This document shows, piece by piece, positions 11,601 through 24,180 of a stretch of 64,000 nucleotides of DNA (within the stretch, counting starts at the first letter, position 1; each line of letters opens with the position of its first letter). The notes below the pieces were generated by a model. That model had not been told where the DNA came from and did no database searches. It was given only the letters and a program-made list of their open reading frames with translations. Both the position numbers and the translations under genes were made by a program. Origin of the DNA: Eledone cirrhosa (Eukaryota); assembly GCA_964016885.1 (NCBI GenBank), contig OZ024745.1, positions 4,278,001 through 4,342,000 of the forward strand, in the 5' to 3' direction.

Positions 11601-14600
11601 AAAGTGAGAGTGCAGTGAATCAGAATAAAGTGAGAGCGCAGTGAACCAGAATAAAGTAAGAATGCAGTGAACTGGAATAAAGTGAGAGTGCAGTGAACTG
11701 GAATAAAGTGAGAGTGCAGTGAACTGGAATAAAGTGAGAGTGCAGTGAACCAGAATAAAGTGAGAGTGCAGTGAACCAGAATAAAGTGAGAGTGCAGTGA
11801 ACTCGAATAAAGTGAGAGTGCAGTGAACTGGAATAAAGTGAGAGTGCAGTGAACTGGAATAAAGTGAGACTGCAGTGAACTGGAATAAAGTGAGAGTGCA
11901 GTGAACCAGAATAAAGTGAGAGCGCAGTGAACCAGAATAAAGTGAGAGTGCAGTGAACTGGAATAAAGTGAGAGTGCAGTGAACCAGAATAAAGTAAGAG
12001 TGCAGTGAACTGGAATAAAGTGAGAGCGCAGTGAACCAGAATAAAGTGAGAGTGCAGTGAACCAGAATAAAGTGAGAGTGCAGTGAACTGGAATAAAGTG
12101 AGAGTGCAGTGAACTGGAATAAAGTGAGAGTGCAGTGAATCAGAATAAAGTGAGAGTGCAGTGAACCAGAATAAAGTAAGAGTGCAGTGAACTGGAATTA
12201 AGTGAGAGTGCAGTGAACTGGAATAAAGTGAGAGTGCAGTGAACTGGAATAAAGTGAGAGTGCAGTGAACTGGAATAAAGTGAGAGTGCAGTGAACCAGA
12301 ATAAAGTGAGAGTGCAGTGAACTGGAATAAAGTGCGAGTGCAGTGAACCAGAATAAAGTGAGATTGCAGTGAACTGGAATAAAGTGAGAGTGCAGTGAAC
12401 TGGAATAAAGTGAGAGTGCAGTGAACCAGAATAAAGTGAGAGTGCAGTGAACTGGAATAAAGTGAGAGCGCAGTGAATCAGAATAAAGTGAGAGTGCAGT
12501 GAACTGGAATAAAGTGAGAGTGCAGTGAATCAGAATAAAGTGAGAGCGCAGTGAACCAGAATAAAGTAAGAGTGCAGTGAACTGGAATAAAGTGAGAGTG
12601 CAGTGAACTGGAATAAAGTGAGAGTGCAGTGAACTGGAATAAAGTGAGAGTGCAGTGAACCAGAATAAAGTGAGAGTGCAGTGAACCAGAATAAAGTGAG
12701 AGTGCAGTGAACTGGAATAAAGTGAGAGTGCAGTGAACTGGAATAAAGTGAGAGTGCAGTGAACTGGAATAAAGTGAGAGTGCAGTGAACCAGAATAAAG
12801 TGAGAGTGCAGTGAACCAGAATAAAGTGAGAGTGCAGTGAACTGGAATAAAGTGAGAGTGCAGTGAACTGGAATAAAGTGAGAGTGCAGTGAACTGGAAT
12901 AAAATGAGAGTGCAGTGAAATGGAATAAAGTGAGAGCGCAGTGAATCAGAATAAAGTGATAGTGCAGTGAACTGGAATAAAGTGAGAGTGCAGTGAATCA
13001 GAATAAAGTGAGAGTGCAGTGAACCAGAATAAAGTAAGAGTGCAGTGAACTAGAATAAAGTGAGAGTGCAGTGAACTGGAATAAAGTGAGAGTGCAGTGA
13101 ACTGGAATAAAGTGAGAGTGCAGTGAACTGGAATAAAGTAAGAGTGCAGTGAACTAGAATAAAGTGAGAGTGCAGTGAACCAGAATAAAGTAAGAGTGCA
13201 GTGAACTGGAATAAAGTGAGAGTGCAGTGAACTGGAATAAAGTGAGAGTGCAGTGAACTGGAATAAAGTAAGAGCGCAGTGAACTGGAATAAAGTGAGAG
13301 TGCAGTGAACTGGAATAAAGTGAGAGTGCAGTGAACTGGAATAAAGTGAGAGTGCAGTGAACCAGAATAAAGTGAGAGTGCAGTGAACTGGAATAAAGTG
13401 AGAGCGCAGTGAACTGGAATAAAGTGAGAGTGCAGTGAACTGGAATAAAGTAAGAGCGCAGTGAACTGGAATAAAGTGAGAGTGCAGTGAACCAGAATAA
13501 AGTGAGAGTGCAGTAAACTGGAATAAAGTGAGAGTGCAGTGAACCAGAATAAAGTGAGAGTGCAGTGAACTGGAATAAAGTGAGAGTGCAGTGAACCAGA
13601 ATAAAGTGAGAGTGCAGTGAACTGGAATAAAGTGAGAGTGCAGTGAACCAGAATAAAGTGAGAGTGCAGTGAACTGGAATAAAGTGAGAGTGCAGTAAAC
13701 CAGAATAAAGTGAGAGTGCAGTGAACTGGAATAAAGTGAGAGCGCAGTGAACCGGAATAAAGTGAGAGTGCAGTGAACTGTAATAAAGTGAGAGTGCAGT
13801 GAACTGGAATAAAGTGAGAGTGCAGTGAACCAGAATAAAGTGAGAGTGCAGTGAACTGGAATAAAGTGAGAGTGCAGTGAACTGGAATAAAGTGAGAGTG
13901 CAGTGAACCAGAATAAAGTGAGAGTGCAGTGAACTGGAATAAAGTGAGAGTGCAGTGAATCAGAATAAAGTGAGAGTGCAGTGAACCAGAATAAAGTGAG
14001 AGTGCAGTGAACTGGAATAAAGTGAGAGTGCAGTGAACTGGAATAAAGTGAGAGTGCAGTGAACTGGAATAAAGTGAGAGTGCAGTGAACCAGAATAAAG
14101 TGAGAGTGCAGTGAACTGGAATAAAGTCAGAGTGCAGTGAACTGGAATAAAGTGAGAGTGCAGTGAACCAGAATAAAGTGAGAGTGCAGTGAACTGGAAT
14201 AAAGTGAGAGTGCAGTGAACCAGAATAAAGTGAGAGTGCAGTGAACTGGAATAAAGTGAGAGTGCAGTGAATCAGAATAAAGTGAGAGTGCAGTGAACCA
14301 GAATAAAGTGAGAGTGCAGTGAACTGGAATAAAGTGAGAGTGCAGTGAACTGGAATAAAGCGAGAGTGCAGTGAACTGGAATAAAGTGAGAGTGCAGAGA
14401 ACCAGAATAAAGTGAGAGTGCAGTGAACTGGAATAAAGTGAGAGTGCAGTGAACCAGAATAAAGTGAGAGTGCAGTGAACTGGAATAAAGTGAGAGTGCA
14501 GTGAATCAGAATAAAGTGAGAGTGCAGTGAACCAGAATAAAGTAAGAGTGCAGTGAACTGGAATAAAGTGAGAGCGCAGTGAATCAGAATAAAGTGAGAG

Positions 14601-15314
14601 TGCAGTGAACCAGAATAAAGTGAGAGTGCAGTGAACTGGAATAAAGTGAGAGTGCAGTGAACTGGAATAAAGTGAGAGTGCAGTGAATCAGAATAAACTG
14701 AGAGTGCAGTGAACCAGAATAAAGTAAGAGTGCAGTGAACTGGAATTAAGTGAGAGTGCAGTGAACTGGAATAAAGTGAGAGTGCAGTGAACTGGAATAA
14801 AGTGAGAGTGCAGTGAACTGGAATAAAGTGAGAGTGCAGTGAACCAGAATAAAGTGAGAGTGCAGTGAACTGGAATAAAGTGCGAGTGCAGTGAACCAGA
14901 ATAAAGTGAGATTGCAGTGAACTGGAATAAAGTGAGAGTGCAGTGAACTGGAATAAAGTGAGAGTGCAGTGAACCAGAATAAAGTGAGAGTGCAGTGAAC
15001 TGGAATAAAGTGAGAGCGCAGTGAATCAGAATAAAGTGAGAGTGCAGTGAACTGGAATAAAGTGAGAGTGCAGTGAATCAGAATAAAGTGAGAGCGCAGT
15101 GAACCAGAATAAAGTATGAGTGCAGTGAACTGGAATAAAGTGAGAGTGCAGTGAACTGGAATAAAGTGAGAGTGCAGTGAACTGGAATAAAGTGGGAGTG
15201 CAGTGAACCAGAATAAAGTGAGAGTGCAGTGAACCAGAATAAAGTGAGAGTGCAGTGAACTGGAATAAAGTGAGAGTGCAGTGAACTGGAATAAAGTGAG
15301 AGTGCAGTGAACTG
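8035..15314 (+). repeat. HOR copy, sub-lineage I (280 monomers)
   Basis: Markers are offset by 8,034 from copy 1 (CAGCAT 701/8735; identical 346-aa pseudo-ORFs 1064-2104 and 9098-10138). The next GAAATG start unit is at 15315 (+7,280). Confidence 0.9.
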
Positions 15315-18300
15315 GAATAAAATGAGAGTGCAGTGAAATGGAATAAAGTGAGAGCGCAGTGAATCAGAATAAAGTGATAGTGCAGTGAACTGGAATAAAG
15401 TGAGAGTGCAGTGAATCAGAATAAAGTGAGAGTGCAGTGAACCAGAATAAAGTAAGAGTGCAGTGAACTAGAATAAAGTGAGAGTGCAGTGAACTGGAAT
15501 AAAGTGAGAGTGCAGTGAACTGGAATAAAGTGAGAGTGCAGTGAACTGGAATAAAGTAAGAGTGCAGTGAACTAGAATAAAGTGAGAGTGCAGTGAACCA
15601 GAATAAAGTGAGAGTGCAGTGAACTGGAATAAAGTGAGAGTGCAGAGAACCAGAATAAAGTGAGAGTGCAGTGAACTGGAATAAAGTGAGAGTGCAGAGA
15701 ACCAGAATAAAGTGAGAGTGCAGTGAACTGGAATAAAGTGAGAGTGCAGTGAACTGGAATAAAGTGAGAGTGCAGTGAATCAGAATAAAGTGAGAGTGCA
15801 GTGAACTGGAATAAAGTGAGAGCGCAGTGAATCAGAATAAAGTGAGAGTGCAGCGAACTGGAATAAAGTGAGAGTGCAGTGAACTGGAATAAAGTGAGAG
15901 TGCAGTGAACTGGAATAAAGTGAGAGTGCAGTGAACTGGAATAAAGTGAGAGTGCAGTGAACTGGAATAAAGTAAGAGTGCAGTGAACTAGAATAAAGTG
16001 AGAGTGCAGTGAACCAGCATAAAGTGAGAGTGCAGTGAACTGGAATAAAGTGAGAGTGCAGAGAACCAGAATGAAGTGAGAGTGCAGTGAACTGGAATAA
16101 AGTGAGAGTGCAGTGAATCAGAATAAAGTGAGAGTGCAGTGAACCAGAATAAAGTAAGAGTGCAGTGAACTGGAATAAAGTGAGAGTGCAGTGAACTGGA
16201 ATAAAGTGAGAGTGCAGTGAACTGGAATAAAGTGAGAGTGCAGGGAACTGGAATAAAGTGAGAGTGCAGTGAACTGGAATAAAGTGAGGGTGCAGTGAAC
16301 TGGAATAAAGTGAGAGTGCAGTGAACCAGAATAAAGTAAGAGTGCAGTGAACTGGAATAAAGTGAGAGCGCAGTGAATCAGAATAAAGTGAGAGTGCAGT
16401 GAACCAGAATAAAGTGAGAGTGCAGTGAACTGGAATAAAGTGAGAGTACAGTGAACCAGAATAAAGTGAGAGTGCAGTGAACTGGAATAAAGTGAGAGCG
16501 CAGTGAATCAGAATAAAGTGAGAGTGCAGTGAACTGGAATAAAGTGAGAGTGCAGTGAATCAGAATAAAGTGAGAGCGCAGTGAACCAGAATAAAGTAAG
16601 AGTGCAGTGAACTGGAATAAAGTGAGAGTGCAGTGAACTGGAATAAAGTGAGAGTGCAGTGAACCAGAATAAAGTAAGAGTGCAGTGAACTGGAATAAAG
16701 TGAGAGTGCAGTGAACTGGAATAAAGTGAGAGTGCAGTGCACCAGAATAAAGTGAGAGTGCAGTGAACTGGAATAAAGTGAGAGTGCAGTGAACTGGAAT
16801 AAAGTGAGAGCGCAGTGAATCAGAATAAAGTGAGAGTGCAGTGAACCAGAATAAAGTGAGAGTGCAGTGAACTGGAATAAAGTGAGAGTGCAGTGAACTG
16901 GAATAAAGTGAGAGTGCAGTGAATCAGAATAAAGTGAGAGTGCAGTGAACCAGAATAAAGTAAGAGTGCAGTGAACTGGAATAAAGTGAGAGTGCAGTGA
17001 ACTGGAATAAAGTGAGAGTGCAGTGAACTGGAATAAAGTGAGAGTGCAGTGAACCAGAATAAAGTGAGAGTGCAGTGAACTGGAATAAAGTGAGAGTGCA
17101 GTGAACTGGAATAAAGTGAGAGTGCAGTGAACCAGAATAAAGTGAGAGTGCAGTGAACTGGAATAAAGTTAGAGTGCAGTGAATCAGAATAAAGTGAGAG
17201 TGCAGTGAACCAGAATAAAGTGAGAGTGCAGTGAACTGGAATAAAGTGAGAGTGCAGTGAACTGGAATAAAGTGAGAGTGCAGTGAACTGGAATAAAGTG
17301 AGAGTGCAGTGAACTGGAATAAAGTGAGAGTGCAGAGAACCAGAATAAAGTGAGAGTGCAGTGAACTGGAATAAAGTGAGAGTGCAGTGAACTGGAATAA
17401 AGTGAGAGTGGAGTGAATCAGAATAAAGTGAGAGTGCAGTGAACAGGAATAAAGTGAGAGCGCAGTGAATCAGAATAAAGTGAGAGTGCAGTGAACTGGA
17501 ATAAAGTGAGAGTGCAGTGAATCAGAATAAAGTGAGAGTGCAGTGAACCAGAATAAAGTAAGAGTGCAGTGAACTGGAATAAAGTGAGAGTGCAGTGAAC
17601 TGGAATAAAGTGAGAGTGCAGTGAACCAGAATAAAGTGAGAGTGCAGTGAACTGGAATAAAGTGAGAGTGCAGTGAATCAGAATAAAGTGAGAGTGCAGT
17701 GAACCAGAATAAAGTGAGAGTGCAGTGAACTGGAATAAAGTGAGAGTGCAGTGAACTGGAATAAAGTGAGAGTGCAGTGAATCAGAATAAAGTGAGAGTG
17801 CAGTGAACCAGAATAAAGTAAGAGTGCAGTGAACTGGAATAAAGTGAGAGTGCCGTGAACTGGAATAAAGTGAGAGTGCAGTGAACTGGAATAAAGTGAG
17901 AGTGCAGTGAACTGGAATAAAGTGAGAGTGCAGTGAACCAGAATAAAGTGAGAGTGCAGTGAACTGGAATAAAGTGAGAGTGCAGTGAACCAGAATAAAG
18001 TGAGAGTGCAGTGAACTGGAATAAAGTGAGAGTGCAGTGAACTGGAATAAAGTGAGAGTGCAGTGAACCAGAATAAAGTGAGAGTGCAGTGAACTGGAAT
18101 AAAGTGAGAGCGCAGTGAATCAGAATAAAGTGAGAGTGCAGTGAACTGGAATAAAGTGAGAGTGCAGTGAATCAGAATAAAGTGAGAGCGCAGTGAACCA
18201 GAATAAAGTAAGAATGCAGTGAACTGGAATAAAGTGAGAGTGCAGTGAACTGGAATAAAGTGAGAGTGCAGTGAACTGGAATAAAGTGAGAGTGCAGTGA

Positions 18301-19448
18301 ACCAGAATAAAGTGAGAGTGCAGTGAACCAGAATAAAGTGAGAGTGCAGTGAACTCGAATAAAGTGAGAGTGCAGTGAACTGGAATAAAGTGAGAGTGCA
18401 GTGAACTGGAATAAAGTGAGACTGCAGTGAACTGGAATAAAGTGAGAGTGCAGTGAACCAGAATAAAGTGAGAGTGCAGTGAACTGGAATAATGTGAGAG
18501 TGCAGTGAACTGGAATAAAGTGAGAGTGCAGTGAACCAGAATAAAGTAAGAGTGCAGTGAACTGGAATAAAGTGAGAGCGCAGTGAATCAGAATAAAGTG
18601 AGAGTGCAGTGAACCAGAATAAAGTGAGAGTGCAGTGAACTGGAATAAAGTGAGAGTGCAGTGAACTGGAATAAAGTGAGAGTGCAGTGAATCAGAATAA
18701 AGTGAGAGTGCAGTGAACCAGAATAAAGTAAGAGTGCAGTGAACTGGAATTAAGTGAGAGTGCAGTGAACTGGAATAAAGTGAGAGTGCAGTGAACTGGA
18801 ATAAAGTGAGAGTGCAGTGAACTGGAATAAAGTGAGAGTGCAGTGAACCAGAATAAAGTGAGAGTGCAGTGAACTGGAATAAAGTGCGAGTGCAGTGAAC
18901 CAGAATAAAGTGAGATTGCAGTGAACTGGAATAAAGTGAGAGTGCAGTGAACTGGAATAAAGTGAGAGTGCAGTGAACCAGAATAAAGTGAGAGTGCAGT
19001 GAACTGGAATAAAGTGAGAGCGCAGTGAATCAGAATAAAGTGAGAGTGCAGTGAACTGGAATAAAGTGAGAGTGCAGTGAATCAGAATAAAGTGAGAGCG
19101 CAGTGAACCAGAATAAAGTAAGAGTGCAGTGAACTGGAATAAAGTGAGAGTGCAGTGAACTGGAATAAAGTGAGAGTGCAGTGAACTGGAATAAAGTGAG
19201 AGTGCAGTGAACCAGAATAAAGTGAGAGTGCAGTGAACCAGAATAAAGTGAGAGTGCAGTGAACTGGAATAAAGTGAGAGTGCAGTGAACTGGAATAAAG
19301 TGAGAGTGCAGTGAACTGGAATAAAGTGAGAGTGCAGTGAACCAGAATAAAGTGAGAGTGCAGTGAACCAGAATAAAGTGAGAGTGCAGTGAACTGGAAT
19401 AAAGTGAGAGTGCAGTGAACTGGAATAAAGTGAGAGTGCAGTGAACTG
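15315..19448 (+). repeat. Truncated HOR copy (159 monomers) with 26-monomer and 2-monomer internal deletions
   Basis: The distance from CAGCAT to GTGCAC is 727 bp versus 1,403 bp in copy 1 (-676). The distance from GTGCAC to GTTAG is 52 bp shorter. 4,862-676-52=4,134 matches the observed length. Confidence 0.85.
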
Positions 19449-22400
19449 GAATAAAATGAGAGTGCAGTGAAATGGAATAAAGTGAGAGCGCAGTGAATCA
19501 GAATAAAGTGATAGTGCAGTGAACTGGAATAAAGTGAGAGTGCAGTGAATCAGAATAAAGTGAGAGTGCAGTGAACCAGAATAAAGTAAGAGTGCAGTGA
19601 ACTAGAATAAAGTGAGAGTGCAGTGAACTGGAATAAAGTGAGAGTGCAGTGAACTGGAATAAAGTGAGAGTGCAGTGAACTGGAATAAAGTAAGAGTGCA
19701 GTGAACTAGAATAAAGTGAGAGTGCAGTGAACCAGAATAAAGTGAGAGTGCAGTGAACTGGAATAAAGTGAGAGTGCAGAGAACCAGAATAAAGTGAGAG
19801 TGCAGTGAACTGGAATAAAGTGAGAGTGCAGAGAACCAGAATAAAGTGAGAGTGCAGTGAACTGGAATAAAGTGAGAGTGCAGTGAACTGGAATAAAGTG
19901 AGAGTGCAGTGAATCAGAATAAAGTGAGAGTGCAGTGAACTGGAATAAAGTGAGAGCGCAGTGAATCAGAATAAAGTGAGAGTGCAGCGAACTGGAATAA
20001 AGTGAGAGTGCAGTGAACTGGAATAAAGTGAGAGTGCAGTGAACTGGAATAAAGTGAGAGTGCAGTGAACTGGAATAAAGTGAGAGTGCAGTGAACTGGA
20101 ATAAAGTAAGAGTGCAGTGAACTAGAATAAAGTGAGAGTGCAGTGAACCAGCATAAAGTGAGAGTGCAGTGAACTGGAATAAAGTGAGAGTGCAGAGAAC
20201 CAGAATGAAGTGAGAGTGCAGTGAACTGGAATAAAGTGAGAGTGCAGTGAATCAGAATAAAGTGAGAGTGCAGTGAACCAGAATAAAGTAAGAGTGCAGT
20301 GAACTGGAATAAAGTGAGAGTGCAGTGAACTGGAATAAAGTGAGAGTGCAGTGAACTGGAATAAAGTGAGAGTGCAGGGAACTGGAATAAAGTGAGAGTG
20401 CAGTGAACTGGAATAAAGTGAGGGTGCAGTGAACTGGAATAAAGTGAGAGTGCAGTGAACCAGAATAAAGTAAGAGTGCAGTGAACTGGAATAAAGTGAG
20501 AGCGCAGTGAATCAGAATAAAGTGAGAGTGCAGTGAACCAGAATAAAGTGAGAGTGCAGTGAACTGGAATAAAGTGAGAGTACAGTGAACCAGAATAAAG
20601 TGAGAGTGCATTGAACTGGAATAAAGTGAGAGCGCAGTGAATCAGAATAAAGTGAGAGTGCAGTGAACTGGAATAAAGTGAGAGTGCAGTGAATCAGAAT
20701 AAAGTGAGAGCGCAGTGAACCAGAATAAAGTAAGAGTGCAGTGAACTGGAATAAAGTGAGAGTGCAGTGAACTGGAATAAAGTGAGAGTGCAGTGAACTG
20801 GAATAAAGTGAGAGTGCAGTGAACCAGAATAAAGTGAGAGTGCAGTGAACCAGAATAAAATGAGAGTGCAGTGAACTGGAATAAAGTGAGAGTGCAGTGA
20901 ACTGGAATAAAGTGAGAGTGCAGTGAACTGGAATAAAGTGAGAGTGCAGTGAACTGGAATAAAGTGAGAGTGCAGTGAACCAGAATAAAGTGAGAGTGCA
21001 GTGAACTGGAATAATGTGAGAGTGCAGTGAACTGGAATAAAGTGAGAGTGCAGTGAACCAGAATAAAGTGAGAGTGCAGTGAACTGGAATAAAGTGAGAG
21101 CGCAGTGAATCAGAATAAAGTGAGAGTGCAGTGAACTGGAATAAAGTGAGAGTGCAGTGAATCAGAATAAAGTGAGAGTGCAGTGAACCAGAATAAAGTA
21201 AGGGTGCAGTGAACTGGAATAAAGTGAGAGTGCAGTGAACTGGAATAAAGTGAAAGTGCAGTGAACTGGAATAAAGTGAGAGTGCAGTGAACTGGAATAA
21301 AGTAAGAGTGTAGTGAACTAGAATAAAGTGAGAGTGCAGTGAACTGGAATAAAGTGAGAGTGCAGTGAACCAGAATAAAGTGAGAGTACAGTGAACTGGA
21401 ATAAAGTGAGAGTGCAGAGAACCAGAATAAAGTGAGAGTGCAGTGAACTGGAATAAAGTGAGAGTGCAGTGAACCAGAATAAAGTAAGAGTGCAGTGAAC
21501 TGGAATAAAGTGAGAGTGCAGTGAACTGGAATAAAGTGAGAGTGCAGTGCACCAGAATAAAGTGAGAGTGCAGTGAACTGGAATAAAGTGAGAGTGCAGT
21601 GAATCAGAATAAAGTGAGAGTGCAGTGAAACAGAATAAAGTAAGAGTGCAGTGAACTGTAATAAAGTGAGAGCGCAGTGAATCAGAATAAAGTGAGAGTG
21701 CAGTGAACCAGAATAAAGTGAGAGTGCAGTGAACTGGAATAAAGTGAGAGTGCAGTGAACTGGAATAAAGTGAGAGTGCAGTGAATCAGAATAAAGTGAG
21801 AGTGCAGTGAGCCAGAATAAAGTAAGAGTGCAGTGAACTGGAATAAAGTGAGAGTGCAGTGAACTGGAATAAAGTGAGAGTGCAGTGAACTGGAATAAAG
21901 TGAGAGTGCAGTGAACCAGAATAAAGTGAGAGTGCAGTGAACTGGAATAAAGTGAGAGTGCAGTGAACTGGAATAAAGTGAGAGTGCAGTGAACCAGAAT
22001 AAAGTGAGAGTGCAGTGAACTGGAATAAAGTTAGAGTGCAGTGAATCAGAATAAAGTGAGAGTGCAGTGAACCAGAATAAAGTGAGAGTGCAGTGAACTG
22101 GAATAAAGTGAGAGTGCAGTGAACTGGAATAAAGTGAGAGTGCAGTGAACTGGAATAAAGTGAGAGTGCAGTGAACTGGAATAAAGTGAGAGTGCAGAGA
22201 ACCAGAATAAAGTGAGAGTGCAGTGAACTGGAATAAAGTGAGAGTGCAGTGAACTGGAATAAAGTGAGAGTGGAGTGAATCAGAATAAAGTGAGAGTGCA
22301 GTGAACAGGAATAAAGTGAGAGCGCAGTGAATCAGAATAAAGTGAGAGTGCAGTGAACTGGAATAAAGTGAGAGTGCAGTGAATCAGAATAAAGTGAGAG

Positions 22401-24180
22401 TGCAGTGAACCAGAATAAAGTAAGAGTGCAGTGAACTGGAATAAAGTGAGAGTGCAGTGAACTGGAATAAAGTGAGAGTGCAGTGAACCAGAATAAAGTG
22501 AGAGTGCAGTGAACTGGAATAAAGTGAGAGTGCAGTGAATCAGAATAAAGTGAGAGTGCAGTGAACCAGAATAAAGTGAGAGTGCAGTGAACTGGAATAA
22601 AGTGAGAGTGCAGTGAACTGGAATAAAGTGAGAGTGCAGTGAATCAGAATAAAGTGAGAGTGCAGTGAACCAGAATAAAGTAAGAGTGCAGTGAACTGGA
22701 ATAAAGTGAGAGTGCCGTGAACTGGAATAAAGTGAGAGTGCAGTGAACTGGAATAAAGTGAGAGTGCAGTGAACTGGAATAAAGTGAGAGTGCAGTGAAC
22801 CAGAATAAAGTGAGAGTGCAGTGAACTGGAATAAAGTGAGAGTGCAGTGAACCAGAATAAAGTGAGAGTGCAGTGAACTGGAATAAAGTGAGAGTGCAGT
22901 GAACTGGAATAAAGTGAGAGTGCAGTGAACCAGAATAAAGTGAGAGTGCAGTGAACTGGAATAAAGTGAGAGCGCAGTGAATCAGAATAAAGTGAGAGTG
23001 CAGTGAACTGGAATAAAGTGAGAGTGCAGTGAATCAGAATAAAGTGAGAGCGCAGTGAACCAGAATAAAGTAAGAATGCAGTGAACTGGAATAAAGTGAG
23101 AGTGCAGTGAACTGGAATAAAGTGAGAGTGCAGTGAACTGGAATAAAGTGAGAGTGCAGTGAACCAGAATAAAGTGAGAGTGCAGTGAACCAGAATAAAG
23201 TGAGAGTGCAGTGAACTCGAATAAAGTGAGAGTGCAGTGAACTGGAATAAAGTGAGAGTGCAGTGAACTGGAATAAAGTGAGACTGCAGTGAACTGGAAT
23301 AAAGTGAGAGTGCAGTGAACCAGAATAAAGTGAGAGTGCAGTGAACTGGAATAATGTGAGAGTGCAGTGAACTGGAATAAAGTGAGAGTGCAGTGAACCA
23401 GAATAAAGTAAGAGTGCAGTGAACTGGAATAAAGTGAGAGCGCAGTGAATCAGAATAAAGTGAGAGTGCAGTGAACCAGAATAAAGTGAGAGTGCAGTGA
23501 ACTGGAATAAAGTGAGAGTGCAGTGAACTGGAATAAAGTGAGAGTGCAGTGAATCAGAATAAAGTGAGAGTGCAGTGAACCAGAATAAAGTAAGAGTGCA
23601 GTGAACTGGAATTAAGTGAGAGTGCAGTGAACTGGAATAAAGTGAGAGTGCAGTGAACTGGAATAAAGTGAGAGTGCAGTGAACTGGAATAAAGTGAGAG
23701 TGCAGTGAACCAGAATAAAGTGAGAGTGCAGTGAACTGGAATAAAGTGCGAGTGCGGTGAACCAGAATAAAGTGAGATCGCAGTGAACTGGAATAAAGTG
23801 AGAGTGCAGTGAACTGGAATAAAGTGAGAGTGCAGTGAACCAGAATAAAGTGAGAGTGCAGTGAACTGGAATAAAGTGAGAGCGCAGTGAATCAGAATAA
23901 AGTGAGAGTGCAGTGAACTGGAATAAAGTGAGAGTGCAGTGAATCAGAATAAAGTGAGAGCGCAGTGAACCAGAATAAAGTAAGAGTGCAGTGAACTGGA
24001 ATAAAGTGAGAGTGCAGTGAACTGGAATAAAGTGAGAGTGCAGTGAACTGGAATAAAGTGAGAGTGCAGTGAACCAGAATAAAGTGAGAGTGCAGTGAAC
24101 CAGAATAAAGTGAGAGTGCAGTGAACTGGAATAAAGTGAGAGTGCAGTGAACTGGAATAAAGTGAGAGTGCAGTGAACTG
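19449..24180 (+). repeat. Truncated HOR copy (182 monomers), equivalent to the first ~4.8 kb of sub-lineage I
   Basis: Same marker order as 1-4862 (CAGCAT 20149, GTGCAC ~21548, GAAACA, GTGCCG, ACTCG, ATTAAG), then a restart at the GAAATG unit at 24181. Confidence 0.85.
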
